Part shown: positions 8,385-18,820 of the stretch, piece after piece
Layout of the letters: the number at the start of each line of letters is the position of its first letter
How positions within the stretch are numbered: the stretch's first letter is position 1
Assembly (NCBI GenBank): GCA_964400475.1
Contig: CAYNTH010000003.1
Span: forward strand, 3,283 to 67,282
Reading direction: 5' to 3'
DNA from: an uncultured archaeon
GTDB taxonomy: Archaea; Aenigmatarchaeota; Aenigmatarchaeia; CG10238-14; SCSR01
DNA: 64,000 bases
The notes under the pieces: generated by a model
What the model was told of the DNA's origin: nothing
Database searches by the model: none
The model's input: only the letters and a program-made list of their open reading frames with translations
Made by a program: the position numbers and the translations under genes

Positions 8385-9752
8385 TTAGTCTTTATTTTGA
8401 GCTTTTTTATTACTTTCTTTCCATTTTTCCCTTAGTCTTTCCCAGTCGTCTCTAGCCCTGCTCTTTTTGAGCCATTTTTTGTCTCCCCTGTTTTTTATGA
8501 ACAAGAATGCAGCGCCTGCAATCCCGAATACCACTATTGTTGACAGCAGTGTCGTTATTCGGTTTTTGAATATCGAAGAAATCGAAAATGACATCCCTTC
8601 TTTCTTACATTCGTAATCAGAGCAATAATAGCCACTTACACAGTCCTCTGCTGTACAACATTCCACGTATTCTATGGAAGACGTGCAGAGATTTATCCCC
8701 CTGCTGGAATCATATTCGCACGTGAACACTTCCTTTTTCTTGTCCAGACATTTGGTTCCGCCACAATCTTCATCTTCTTGGCACTCATCCACCAAAGGAG
8801 TCGTTATACTTTCAGAACTTTTCTCAATTGTTTGGATTGATGAACCAATCGGCGTTCCTTCTATTATTGCATCTTCGTTTGAATCCGCCCCACGCGCACT
8901 CACTATTGCAATGTCGAATTTAAAGTCCTTGCCGTTCTCCCCATCTTTAAATTCGTATATTATTGTGAAAGATGTGCTCGTATTCTTATCAATTTTGAAT
9001 CCATCTTCCAGTTCAAATGAACACAAACCATCATCCCTGGTATATTCACAATACCCCACCATCGTTTCGTTTTCTTCGCCTATGCCATTGTTGTTTGCAT
9101 CATGTATCAGACCCGCATACTTTACATCGGAGCTCTCGTTTCCCGTACCAGATGCCCTCAAAGTCATCGAATATATTTTGACGTCTTCCACAGCACCGGA
9201 TGTTGCGTTGAATTGTATCATGGTTTTTTTCATACTATCTGATATATTGACTTGTCCGTTGCCCGGGGTTTCGGAACCGATTTCCAGTATAAGTTTTGGT
9301 TTAGGCGATTCTGTTATATTGAATCCCGATGATGTCAGACTATTGATGAAATCACCGCTTTCATTGTAGATACCGTCTTTATCGATGTCGGCCACTATAT
9401 CGTAACTCCCTATCTCAGGGTTATCCCATCTAGGATATCCTATGTAGTCGGTCGAGTTTATTTGGCCGCTGGAGTTGGTGTTTATTACCATATATCCAGA
9501 CGAGTCATCTTCCAATACATCGCCATCATCCCAATCGTTGTTATCATTTATTATATAAAGTCTGATTGATTGGGATGTTCCATCGGTTATATCATTGCTT
9601 GTGACATACACGGTCTCGTTATCGTAATATTCCCTTTTTGGATTCCCGTTGGAATCGCAAGTCCATATATCATCCGCCATTGACAGTTGCGGGGTTAGCA
9701 CAAGCACCAATAGCGTAATTGTTACAATAATGACAGTTCGGTCATAACCCAT
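8385..9752 (-). CDS. Surface protein with signal/anchor, beta-rich ectodomain, Cys-rich stalk, C-terminal TM and basic tail
   Basis: 455 aa. N-terminal hydrophobic segment, a DIDKDGIYNESGD Ca-binding-like loop, a Cys-rich block (VDECQEDEDCGGTKC...CCTAEDCVSGYYCSDYEC), a TM segment (LLSTIVVFGIAGAAFLFI) and a K/R/E tail. Confidence 0.6.
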   Translation of the reverse strand: MGYDRTVIIVTITLLVLVLTPQLSMADDIWTCDSNGNPKREYYDNETVYVTSNDITDGTSQSIRLYIINDNNDWDDGDVLEDDSSGYMVINTNSSGQINSTDYIGYPRWDNPEIGSYDIVADIDKDGIYNESGDFINSLTSSGFNITESPKPKLILEIGSETPGNGQVNISDSMKKTMIQFNATSGAVEDVKIYSMTLRASGTGNESSDVKYAGLIHDANNNGIGEENETMVGYCEYTRDDGLCSFELEDGFKIDKNTSTSFTIIYEFKDGENGKDFKFDIAIVSARGADSNEDAIIEGTPIGSSIQTIEKSSESITTPLVDECQEDEDCGGTKCLDKKKEVFTCEYDSSRGINLCTSSIEYVECCTAEDCVSGYYCSDYECKKEGMSFSISSIFKNRITTLLSTIVVFGIAGAAFLFIKNRGDKKWLKKSRARDDWERLREKWKESNKKAQNKD

Positions 9753-9833
9753 AAATTCTATATGGCTAGTAATAGAAATAAAGTTTAAAATAACGTGTTA
9801 GATTTTTAAACTAGCTTAGACTTACATTAAGTA

Positions 9834-10082
9834 ATGTCCAAGAAAAAATCCTTGATTAAAAGTTTTAGAAAAAAATTGGGTGGATTGGGTTTTAAAAAAC
9901 ACAAGAATAAGATACTTGGTACTGTCATACTTTTGGGATTTGTTGCATTATTTTCTGTTTTAGGTACAAAAATATTGGTCTCACTAAATTTGGATATACG
10001 GTTAATCTTGATAACAGCGTTCTCTGTTGTATTATTGCTTCTTTTATTGATAGAAGTAAAATCAAAAATAAAGAAAAAATAA
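9834..10082 (+). CDS. Hypothetical small membrane protein
   Basis: 82 aa, basic N-terminus and two hydrophobic segments. An overlapping minus-strand ORF (9827..10099) cannot be excluded. Confidence 0.3.
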   Translation: MSKKKSLIKSFRKKLGGLGFKKHKNKILGTVILLGFVALFSVLGTKILVSLNLDIRLILITAFSVVLLLLLLIEVKSKIKKK

Positions 10083-10092
10083 AGGGAATTTT

Positions 10093-11343
10093 TTAGCAAA
10101 CCGATACTTTACCCTTTGCCAGATCTTCGCAGAAGTTGTTTATATTCTCCAGTTCCTGGTCTATCACTTCCTGCACCTCGCTCCTGACCTCGTCAATTGA
10201 CCCATTTTCCATTATTATCTGTGCTGCTGCAATTTTTGGGTGGTCTATCTTTCTACCTATCTGGCTTAGCAACCATATGTATACCTCTTCTATCCCATTA
10301 ACATTCTGGTAAATTTCGTTCGCTATTTTATACGATAATATATTGTAAATTTTACCAACATGGCTTACGGGATTTTTACCGGCAGCTGCTTCTGCTGATT
10401 GCGGTCTGTTCAATGATATCAGCCCGTTTCCACGGTTGCCTCTTCCAACTTGTCCACAATCCGCACCATCCGCACTGGTCCCACCGACTGTCAGATACAC
10501 CCCACCAACACCACGTCCTTTTTCATCCAGTGTGTTTAAGTAGAACGCGACTTCCTCGAATTCACCGTTTACCTCTTTCAAAAATTCACGTATGTTGTCT
10601 TTTATCTCCTCTTTTTTCCTGAAATACTCCTTTTCAGATTCGACGAATCTGTCAACGAATGCCATTGATATGGTTAGGTGTATGTCTCGGCCCTGTCTCA
10701 ATCCCATTACTTTAATATCTTCTCCGGAAACAGGGAATTCCGATTTGAAACTCTTGGAATTGAGATATTTCTCCAAATCGAGTACAGTTTTCTCCGTAGA
10801 AGTATATGGTGCAAACCCAATCGCGGCTGATGTATCATTCGCACCCAATACCTTGTTTTTATCCTTCCTCTTGAATATATCAGTGAGTGCAGCTGATCCA
10901 CTCTTCAATTCATTTTGGAATTTAACATCTTTATCTGGGTCTACGAATCTCATGTTATTCTTGAACCAATCTTTCGCGGTTTTCAGTGCAATCTCATCAA
11001 CTGGTATCTCTTTGTCGCCTGCTCTGTATGTTGCCCTGTCCCCCATGACCAATAGCATGGGTTTAATTATCTCTCCACCACCGAATTTGTAATTAACCTC
11101 TCCGGCTGCCAATAATGATTTATCCGTGTTGTGATGAAGAACAGCCCCAACTTCTTTCAAGTACTCCTGGCTCAAGTTAATCGATATTTGATTCATGAGC
11201 TTATCACATATTGTATCAGGATGTCCCAATCCCTTCCTTTCAACTATTTCCACTCTCTGGTTCTCTACAGACTCGTTTTTCAATTTCTCTACAACAATAT
11301 TTCTAACAACGTGGTTTTCATCAACGACATTCATTTTAATCAC
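10093..11343 (-). CDS. metK: Archaeal-type S-adenosylmethionine synthetase
   Basis: [16 protein letters not shown] and [48 protein letters not shown] are hallmark archaeal MAT blocks. Confidence 0.9.
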   Translation of the reverse strand: MIKMNVVDENHVVRNIVVEKLKNESVENQRVEIVERKGLGHPDTICDKLMNQISINLSQEYLKEVGAVLHHNTDKSLLAAGEVNYKFGGGEIIKPMLLVMGDRATYRAGDKEIPVDEIALKTAKDWFKNNMRFVDPDKDVKFQNELKSGSAALTDIFKRKDKNKVLGANDTSAAIGFAPYTSTEKTVLDLEKYLNSKSFKSEFPVSGEDIKVMGLRQGRDIHLTISMAFVDRFVESEKEYFRKKEEIKDNIREFLKEVNGEFEEVAFYLNTLDEKGRGVGGVYLTVGGTSADGADCGQVGRGNRGNGLISLNRPQSAEAAAGKNPVSHVGKIYNILSYKIANEIYQNVNGIEEVYIWLLSQIGRKIDHPKIAAAQIIMENGSIDEVRSEVQEVIDQELENINNFCEDLAKGKVSVC

Positions 11344-11423
11344 TCAAATATTTCCCTAATAACAAATCTTTGTAATTAAGTTATTAATATCTGAGTGAAA
11401 GAAATATTCCTATAGGAATAATT

Positions 11424-11987
11424 ATGTTACCAAAGATTTCTGAAATCGGTAGAAAGCGCAAGGCACTTAACCTCACCCAGAAGGATTTGGCGCTCCGTTC
11501 AAACGTTAGTCAATCGTTGATTGCCAAGATCGAGTCCGGGAATGTAAATCCGAGTTACGATATCGTAAAGCGGATATTTCAGGTTTTTTCCAGTATAGAG
11601 AAAGATATGAATATTCGTGCTAGCGATATATTGAGCAAACCGGTCGTTTCCATTAACAGGGGCGAGAAAGTGGAAAAGGCGATTGATCTTATGAAGAAGC
11701 ACAACTATTCACAGTTGCCAGTAGTTGATAAAGGATATGTTGTCGGTACCATATCTGAAAAGACCATACTAGAGATAATATCGACTGGAAAAGCGTTGTC
11801 CGATATATTGAATAAAAAATCGGAATCTGTGATGACCTCTTGTCTGCCCAGGATAACCGAGGATGAGAACATAGATGTAATATCGACTCTCCTAAGAAAC
11901 AATCCAGCAGTTCTGGTAACCCGAAAAGGTAAAACTGTGGGTATAATATCCAAGGCGGATTTGTTCAAAATCGCCGACAAAAGGTAA
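11424..11987 (+). CDS. XRE-type HTH plus CBS-pair regulator
   Basis: N-terminal LTQKDLALRSNVSQSLIAKIESGNVNPSYD (HTH_3) followed by two CBS repeats. Confidence 0.65.
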   Translation: MLPKISEIGRKRKALNLTQKDLALRSNVSQSLIAKIESGNVNPSYDIVKRIFQVFSSIEKDMNIRASDILSKPVVSINRGEKVEKAIDLMKKHNYSQLPVVDKGYVVGTISEKTILEIISTGKALSDILNKKSESVMTSCLPRITEDENIDVISTLLRNNPAVLVTRKGKTVGIISKADLFKIADKR

Positions 11988-14285
11988 TCATCCGTAGTAA
12001 TCCGGTTCGTTGGATTTGACTCTTTCTTCGTGCATCATATGTCTTCTCTCTTCGAATTTGTTGTAATGCTCTTTGAGGTCCTTAGAGAGAGTTGGTACAG
12101 CCTTCTTCAATGCCTCTTCGAAATGTTTTGACGTGATTTCTTCTGTGTCTATGTTTTCACGCAGCGCGTTCAGTCCCGCTTCTCTAACAAGTGCCTCGAT
12201 GTCCGCACCTGAAAATCCGGCAGTTCTTTTGGCAATGTCCTTAAGGTCAACTCCTTTTAACGGCATGTTCTTTGTGTGTATCTGCAATATCTTCAATCTG
12301 GCCTCTTCATCAGGAGACGATACCAATATGAACCTATCAAACCTACCAGGTCTCAACAATGCAGGATCAATGATATCGGGCCTATTAGTTGCAGCTATTA
12401 CCACAACTCCTTGCAAATCCTCCAATCCAGACATCTCGGAAAGCAGCTGAGACACCACACTTTCAGTAACGTGTGACGATTTGTCACTTCCTCCTCTCCT
12501 GGGTGCCAACGCATCTATCTCATCAAAGAATATTATTGTCGGTGCCACCTGTCTAGCCCTTCTGAATATATCCCTAATCGCTTTTTCCGATTCTCCTACC
12601 CATTTGCTGTATACTTGTGGTCCTTTTATAGAAATGAAGTTAGCACCGGATTCTGTGGCAACTGCCCTTGCTAACAATGTTTTACCACACCCCGGAGGAC
12701 CATATAATAGAATGCCTTTCGGTGGTTTAATCCCGATTCGGTCAAAGCTTTCAGGACTATCGAGTGGCCATTCGACCATTTCCTTTAAGTTTTGTTTAAC
12801 GTTTTTCAGACCACCGACATCTTCCCATTGAACTTTAGGAACTTCTACCAATACTTCACGCATGGCACTAGGTTCAACTACTCTCAGCGCATTCTCAAAA
12901 TCAGTCCAATCAACGATGAGTTTTTCCATTATTTCTCTGGGCAATTGTTCTTCGTCCTTCCATTTTATCTCGGGTAGAACCCTTCTCAGTGCTGACATCG
13001 CGGCCTCTTTGACCAAAGCAGCAACATCAGCTCCTACATAACCATATGTCATGTCTGCCAATTTGCTTAAATCCAATCCCTTTGCTAATGGCATATTTCT
13101 CGTATGTATCTTCAATATTTCCAAGCGACCCTTTCTGTCTGGTACAGGGATTTCAATTTCTCTATCAAACCTACCACCCCGTCTCAATGCGGGGTCAACT
13201 GCGTTGGGTCTGTTAGTCGCAGCTATAACTATTACTTTACCCCTGGATTTTAGACCGTCCATTAGTGTAAGAAGCTGTGATACAACTCGTCTTTCAACCT
13301 CGCCCTTTGCTTCCTCCCTCTTGGGTGCAATAGAGTCTATCTCATCTATGAATATGATCGACGGCGAATTCTTTTCCGCATCTTCGAATATCTTTCTCAG
13401 GTTTTCCTCACTCTGTCCGTACCATTTGGACATGACCTCTGGACCACTTATAGAAATGAAGTTAGCACCGGATTCATTTGCTACAGCCTTCGCCAATAAT
13501 GTCTTACCTGTTCCAGGAGGACCATATAACAACACTCCCTTCGGTGCTTCTACACCAAGCCTTTCGAATATTTCTGGATGTCTCAGCGGTAACTCTATCA
13601 TTTCTCTTACTTTCTCTATAACTCCCTTCAATCCACCTATGTCTTCGTATGTCACAGTTGGTACAGCGCGTTGATCAAGATTCAAGTCTTTTGGTGCTCT
13701 GGGTTGTATTTTCAGGTTTGTAGCATCTGTGATAACAACAGGTCCTTGTGGTGCTACGTCCGTAACTATGAATCTCGTACTTTGAGTGAATGGTGTGAAG
13801 AACATCTCCATAAAATCGGATCCGAAGAAGTCCTCGAAGAAATTGGTTGTTTCACCGCCCCTTTTCCTGACAACTGGTGACGGAACTATTATATCGCCCT
13901 TCATAACAGGTCGTTTGTATATATTTTGCCTTACCAAATCTGGTGATATCTGGATTACTAAACCCTTTTCGGCTGGCGCTAATGTCACTTCTTTGGCTTC
14001 TTTGACATCCGCTTTTCTTATTTTCACCCGTTCGCCAACAGCGCTTCCGCAGTTCCTTCTCATTATACCATCCATTCTGATTATGTTCAATCCTACATCA
14101 GATGGATAAGAACGGACCGCTATAGCAGCTGTTTTCCTGGAACCTTCTATTTCAACAACCGTACCTTCTTTTATATTGAGTTTTTGCATAAATTCTGATC
14201 CTAATCTAACTATACCTCTTCCAGCTTCTGCTCTTTCCGTTAGTTCACCGACTTTTATCTTTATTTCCTCGACCATTCCCTTCAC
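11988..14285 (-). CDS. cdc48: CDC48/VCP-type AAA+ ATPase (two AAA domains)
   Basis: 765 aa. N-domain followed by two Walker A motifs ([26 protein letters not shown]) and two DEID/DEID Walker B motifs. Confidence 0.95.
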   Translation of the reverse strand: MKGMVEEIKIKVGELTERAEAGRGIVRLGSEFMQKLNIKEGTVVEIEGSRKTAAIAVRSYPSDVGLNIIRMDGIMRRNCGSAVGERVKIRKADVKEAKEVTLAPAEKGLVIQISPDLVRQNIYKRPVMKGDIIVPSPVVRKRGGETTNFFEDFFGSDFMEMFFTPFTQSTRFIVTDVAPQGPVVITDATNLKIQPRAPKDLNLDQRAVPTVTYEDIGGLKGVIEKVREMIELPLRHPEIFERLGVEAPKGVLLYGPPGTGKTLLAKAVANESGANFISISGPEVMSKWYGQSEENLRKIFEDAEKNSPSIIFIDEIDSIAPKREEAKGEVERRVVSQLLTLMDGLKSRGKVIVIAATNRPNAVDPALRRGGRFDREIEIPVPDRKGRLEILKIHTRNMPLAKGLDLSKLADMTYGYVGADVAALVKEAAMSALRRVLPEIKWKDEEQLPREIMEKLIVDWTDFENALRVVEPSAMREVLVEVPKVQWEDVGGLKNVKQNLKEMVEWPLDSPESFDRIGIKPPKGILLYGPPGCGKTLLARAVATESGANFISIKGPQVYSKWVGESEKAIRDIFRRARQVAPTIIFFDEIDALAPRRGGSDKSSHVTESVVSQLLSEMSGLEDLQGVVVIAATNRPDIIDPALLRPGRFDRFILVSSPDEEARLKILQIHTKNMPLKGVDLKDIAKRTAGFSGADIEALVREAGLNALRENIDTEEITSKHFEEALKKAVPTLSKDLKEHYNKFEERRHMMHEERVKSNEPDYYG

Positions 14286-14330
14286 CGATTTTTAAACATA
14301 CCTTTTCTTTAATTAATATTTTGTCATTAT

Positions 14331-14645
14331 TCAAAAAATATCTTCTTCCAACAATACATTGAACGTTTTCCAAATCACCTTCTCGGACCATTCATCCAAA
14401 AAATTGAACAAGTGGTCTGCATCTTCTGTGTTTATAAAAAATGAACTCTGATCTACTTTTTTGTGCGGAATTTGATCCAAGAGCCCTTTTCTTTCATAAA
14501 CATATTTTTTCTTACCATCTTTCGTCTTTTTTCGTATTATCTGTTTCCACCCATACAATCCTCTGAAAAACTTATTCCTCTCATAATTGCTATCGAACTT
14601 GTCGCTTTTTACATTGTAACATATCAATATCGCACGAGTTCCCAT
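14331..14645 (-). CDS. Hypothetical protein
   Basis: 104-aa ORF with a beta-alpha-beta-beta-alpha-like pattern. No diagnostic motif. Confidence 0.4.
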   Translation of the reverse strand: MGTRAILICYNVKSDKFDSNYERNKFFRGLYGWKQIIRKKTKDGKKKYVYERKGLLDQIPHKKVDQSSFFINTEDADHLFNFLDEWSEKVIWKTFNVLLEEDIF

Positions 14646-14712
14646 ATAGTTAGTGTTTATGTAAATTAAACTTTTTAAATATTTTGGTTCATTATAGATT
14701 GCATTGAAGTTA

Positions 14713-14952
14713 CTACTTTCCGTTTTTGTTCATGAAGAATATGTAGAACAATAATGACACAGCGGATGCGACTGTTGTGCTGACCACCAGCAATACGATA
14801 AACACGAATTTCAAATCAGATGCGAGTGAACCCAATGGTACCGTCAATACAGTGAATACAAATGAGAATACTATACACACTGTCAATATGAAAAGTGGGA
14901 ATAATCCAATGATTTTAAATTCTTCCACATCATCCTTCCTTTTTTTGGCCAT
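14713..14952 (-). CDS. Hypothetical two-TM membrane protein
   Basis: 79 aa, charged N-terminus and two hydrophobic helices. Confidence 0.4.
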   Translation of the reverse strand: MAKKRKDDVEEFKIIGLFPLFILTVCIVFSFVFTVLTVPLGSLASDLKFVFIVLLVVSTTVASAVSLLFYIFFMNKNGK

Positions 14953-14984
14953 AATTAAGATTACTCTTTGAATAAAATATCTTT

Positions 14985-17303
14985 TTATTTTCCTTTAATT
15001 CCTTCCAATTTCTTTTCCGCTCTTTTTTGATATTTTTTTGCGGTTGATACAGACACGTCTAATTTGTCCGCTATTGTTTCGGGCCTCAGTCTCAATAAAC
15101 TCTTGGCAGTTGTCACTCTGCTCTTTTTCAGTATTTCGGCACCCTTTTCACCGATGCCCTTTATGTCAGTTATCTCTATTCTTTTCCTGGATTTTTTCTT
15201 CTTCTTTTTCACCTTGTCTTTGACCCAACTTTCCTTTGTCTTGCATTTATGGTTGATACACATCGTGTATGGTCGCTTGCCTTTTCTATTTACTTTTATC
15301 ATCATCATACCACATTCTTTGCAGGGTCTGTTTAATTTCGTTATATATCCATTTTGAGGCAGGGGAAATCCTGTTTTGCATTTGGGATATCCTCCACATC
15401 CTACAAAGCGCTTCTTGGTCCTCTTGGATACGATGACTTTTAATCTATTGTCGCAGTTGGGGCAGTCACCCATATCGTTTTCTTCTTTCCTAGCTTCTAT
15501 CAATCCTTTCAATAATTTTTTACCTATTTTTTTCTCCTTTTTCTTGAAGTCTTTCAGGGTGTCTGTTAATAATTCTTTGGCTTCCTGTACAATTTTCTCC
15601 CTTTTTTTCTCCCCTTTTGCCACATCTTCCATTTCTTTTTCGAATTTTTTGGTCATTTCTTCACTGAGTATCCTAGGACAGTACCCCTTTAGGACTTTGG
15701 TAACAGTCTCCCCCAGTTTAGTGACTTTGATGCTTTTTCCATTTATGTATTTTCTGTTATAGAGTGTTTGAAGTATTTCGGCTCTAGTCGCTCTTGTACC
15801 CAACCCCTTGGACTCCATCTTTTTTAGTATAGATCCCTGGCTGTATCTTCCTGGCGGGTTGGTTTCTTTCTCACCCAATCGGATTTTGCTAATTTCTAAT
15901 TCATCGTCTTTTTTCATGTCTGGGAGTTCTTGATCTTCGAATGACAAGAATTTTTTGTAGTATCTTGTCCACCCGGGTTCCAGTGTTTTCTTGCCCTTGA
16001 GTTTGAATTTGTGACCGTTAACATCCAATTCGACTGTAACGCTCTCCCGTACAGTCTTTTCGGAAAAAACCGACAGGAATCTTCTAACAATGAGGTCATA
16101 CATTTTTCTTTGTCTGTTGCTAAGCTTGGATAATTTCGGTGTTTCCGATGTTGGATATATTGCAGGGTGGGCAGGATCTTTCTTTTTACCTTCATTTGGT
16201 TCCAGTTTGGATTTTGTCAGTAGCTCTTGTGATGGACCCGAATAAGTTTTTAATTTAGACAAAGATTTTATTATTTTTTTATAATCAATACTTGGCGGGA
16301 GCTTTTGTGACGAAGATCTCGGGTATGAAACAGCACCTGCTTGGTATAAACTTTCCACTATTCTCAGTGTATATTTAGGAGAATATTTGAATTGAGAATA
16401 TGCCTCAGATTGGAGGTCGGTTGTATTGAATGGAACCGGTGGATTTTGGCTGTATTTCCTCTTTCTTATCTTTTTTACAACAGCCTTTGCCCCTTTTTTC
16501 TTACAATCCTTTTTGACATTTTTCGCATCTTTCTTGTTCCACATTCTTTTCTTTTTGTACGATGCGGTTAATTTTTTGTCATTCTTTTTTACATCTGCTT
16601 CTATCTGCCAATATGGTTTTGGCTTGAATTTTCTTATCTTGAGTTCCTTTTCAAGTAAAATATCCAGGGTCGGTCCTTGGACTCTTCCAGTAGATAGTAT
16701 CGCAAAGCCTTTATCAGCTGATTTTTTCATAGCTATTGTTAATGCTCTAGTCAGATTTATGCCCCAATAAAAATCTAGATAATGTCTGGTCAATCCAGAT
16801 TCTATTTGATTGAAATCCAGTTTTTCCATCCTATTTTCAAACGAGTCATTTAGTTCGTCTTTTGTCAGGGTTGAGAATTTCATTCGATGTGCGTTTTTCT
16901 CTCCTGACATGAAGCGTATTATGTTGTACCCTATTACGGAACCTTCTGTATCGTAATCGGTCGCTATTATAAAATTAGTTTTGGACTTGTCTTTAGATTT
17001 CTTTTCTATAACTTCTTTTATGTTCTTAAAATATTTTTTAGAGAATTCTGATCCCTTTTTCTCAAAACTAGGTATCCATTCGGTTTTGAATGTGGGATAA
17101 GTCCAACCGGAACCATCCTTTACAGTATCCAATGCGAATATATGTCCGACTGCGGGTAGGACTATGAATTCATCCCCGTCTTTCACGAATTCGTACCAAT
17201 ACGATCCACGCTTTTTCTTTTTTCTAACCTTTTTACCTGCTAGTGCTTCGGCTATCTTTGTTGAAGCGCTGGGTTTTTCTGTTATTAAAATATTTGTCTG
17301 CAT
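14985..17303 (-). CDS. topA: Type IA DNA topoisomerase with zinc ribbons and an appended C-terminal HhH module
   Basis: 772 aa. Toprim start (ILITEKPSAS), a TDYDTEGS acidic cluster, the catalytic-Tyr region (AVSYPRSSS), CPNC/CGGYPKC/CKEC zinc ribbons, then KKKKKKSRKR plus ITDIKGIGEKGAEILKK... Confidence 0.9.
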   Translation of the reverse strand: MQTNILITEKPSASTKIAEALAGKKVRKKKKRGSYWYEFVKDGDEFIVLPAVGHIFALDTVKDGSGWTYPTFKTEWIPSFEKKGSEFSKKYFKNIKEVIEKKSKDKSKTNFIIATDYDTEGSVIGYNIIRFMSGEKNAHRMKFSTLTKDELNDSFENRMEKLDFNQIESGLTRHYLDFYWGINLTRALTIAMKKSADKGFAILSTGRVQGPTLDILLEKELKIRKFKPKPYWQIEADVKKNDKKLTASYKKKRMWNKKDAKNVKKDCKKKGAKAVVKKIRKRKYSQNPPVPFNTTDLQSEAYSQFKYSPKYTLRIVESLYQAGAVSYPRSSSQKLPPSIDYKKIIKSLSKLKTYSGPSQELLTKSKLEPNEGKKKDPAHPAIYPTSETPKLSKLSNRQRKMYDLIVRRFLSVFSEKTVRESVTVELDVNGHKFKLKGKKTLEPGWTRYYKKFLSFEDQELPDMKKDDELEISKIRLGEKETNPPGRYSQGSILKKMESKGLGTRATRAEILQTLYNRKYINGKSIKVTKLGETVTKVLKGYCPRILSEEMTKKFEKEMEDVAKGEKKREKIVQEAKELLTDTLKDFKKKEKKIGKKLLKGLIEARKEENDMGDCPNCDNRLKVIVSKRTKKRFVGCGGYPKCKTGFPLPQNGYITKLNRPCKECGMMMIKVNRKGKRPYTMCINHKCKTKESWVKDKVKKKKKKSRKRIEITDIKGIGEKGAEILKKSRVTTAKSLLRLRPETIADKLDVSVSTAKKYQKRAEKKLEGIKGK
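14988..15179 (-). repeat. HhH-module repeat copy 1 (3' end of topA)
   Basis: Encodes IEITDIKGIGEKGAEILKKSRVTTAKSLLRLRPETIADKLDVSVSTAKKYQKRAEKK. By manual alignment about 85% of ~120 nt are identical to 46212..46379. Confidence 0.85.
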
Positions 17304-17359
17304 TTCACATCCTATAAATTACCTATATAATAAGGGAATATATATAATTGTTCCGGATT

Positions 17360-18820
17360 TTATTCTAACACTACTGCCTGTGTTTCAGAACTAGTTTGTA
17401 GCATTGATTCCATAGCGGATATTCTCGTTTCTAGATATACCAGTTTGTCAATCATTTCAGCGATTCTGTTGTCATAATCCTGGATATCGTTTTCCTTTGG
17501 GATGTTATCGACTGATTCTCCCATTTTCTTTATAACCCTTTCTAGTTTTGTTAGCCTATCGTTTATACTTGTCATTTCCTTTGCCATACCGGGCGATTTG
17601 GTACCAGTATCTCTTTTCACAGGGATTCTATTAACTTTTTCTCCTAGCTTATCTATCTCATTCCTCAACGATTCTACGTCATCTTCAGTTTTCCTCGCCT
17701 TCTTGACAGAAAACGCCATTTGATTCATGTCAGTTTTAACATCCTTCACTATTTCGTCAAGGTGTTTGACCTCTCGCTCGATACCCTTTATCTTGTTCAA
17801 TCTACCGTCGAGATCATCATATATAATTTCTACCCTATTGGAAAGACTTTTTATTTCATCCTTCATGAATCTGAATTGTTGAAGTTTTTTGTCAACCTCA
17901 TCTTCCAGTGCAGTTAATTTTTCAAATCCTTCGAATCTCTTCGCTACTCTTTCAACTTCGTTTACGTCTTTGCTCAGCTCCGATACCACTCTTTCTACAG
18001 AATCAACCCGAGTTTTCATAACCTCAAGACCTTTCCTGCTGTCCTTAACAACTTCCAATAACTTCTTCGGTACTTTTCCACCACCTGTTTTTTCCATCGA
18101 ATCTATTTTTTGTTCCAGTGAAGATATTTTCAGGTTTGTTTTGTTGTGCTTATCGTCCATTGTTTCGATTGCTGATCTAATTGATTTCAATTTAGAATTA
18201 ACATAATCAAAATCCGCTGTTTGTATCTGTGAACCTTTGATATGTCCCCTAATTTTTGTATCTATGTTGCTCTCGAGCTCCGTTATAGTCTTCTGCATGG
18301 ACTCGAAATTTCTCCCAAGAACATTCATATCTCTTTGTATGTCCGCTAGTTCCATCGAATCTATTTCAAGCGTCGGCCTTGATTTTAGTTCGGCAACCAC
18401 CTTTTCCAATTTTTTCAATCTTATTTTACCCTCTTCTGGTAATTCGGCAGTTATGTCAACCATCTGGGCAGCTGCTCTGGCCAGATTTTCAATTCTCTTT
18501 ACCCTACTTTTGATAATCGATACGTCTTCCTTGCTCACGGATGATTTGAATTCTTTATTCAGATTTTGCAGTATCTTCTTTAGTTCTATGATACCTGCTT
18601 GCTCTATAAGGATTAAATCTTCCAATTCTTCCATTCTTTCTTTGTCCAATTCCAGTTCTTTTACATCGACTTCTTTTAATTTGGATGATATTTCAGAAAC
18701 AGCGAACTCTAAATCAATAAATCTTTTCTGCATGCTGATTAGACTCATCTTTAGTCTGTCAGGGGTTACATCATCCTCTACATCGAATTTGTTCTCTTTT
18801 TCTTTATCAGTCAAATCCAT
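17360..18820 (-). CDS. Long coiled-coil protein, function unknown
   Basis: 486 aa, E/K/L-rich heptad-like sequence throughout, with no P-loop or TM segment. Overlaps the upstream gene by 10 nt. Confidence 0.6.
   Translation of the reverse strand: MDLTDKEKENKFDVEDDVTPDRLKMSLISMQKRFIDLEFAVSEISSKLKEVDVKELELDKERMEELEDLILIEQAGIIELKKILQNLNKEFKSSVSKEDVSIIKSRVKRIENLARAAAQMVDITAELPEEGKIRLKKLEKVVAELKSRPTLEIDSMELADIQRDMNVLGRNFESMQKTITELESNIDTKIRGHIKGSQIQTADFDYVNSKLKSIRSAIETMDDKHNKTNLKISSLEQKIDSMEKTGGGKVPKKLLEVVKDSRKGLEVMKTRVDSVERVVSELSKDVNEVERVAKRFEGFEKLTALEDEVDKKLQQFRFMKDEIKSLSNRVEIIYDDLDGRLNKIKGIEREVKHLDEIVKDVKTDMNQMAFSVKKARKTEDDVESLRNEIDKLGEKVNRIPVKRDTGTKSPGMAKEMTSINDRLTKLERVIKKMGESVDNIPKENDIQDYDNRIAEMIDKLVYLETRISAMESMLQTSSETQAVVLE

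Noticed and set aside
9827-10099. 90-aa minus-strand ORF overlapping the 82-aa plus-strand ORF.
   Set aside because: I cannot discriminate the two with confidence. The plus-strand version has a cleaner basic N-terminus and two-TM pattern, so only that one is listed, at low confidence.
12073-14109. Several plus-strand ORFs of 60-207 aa (for example 13051..13674 and 12481..12831) inside the cdc48 locus.
   Set aside because: They are antisense shadows of a strongly supported 765-aa AAA+ gene. Their translations are low-complexity (S/L/F/I-rich) with no motifs.
14331-14645. Possible Cas2-like or VapD-like ferredoxin fold (AILICYNV...FFRGLYGW...SSFFINTEDADHLFNFLDEW).
   Set aside because: It rests only on a secondary-structure-like pattern. 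There is no conserved Cas2 acidic residue context and no CRISPR or cas neighbours. I kept it as a hypothetical protein.
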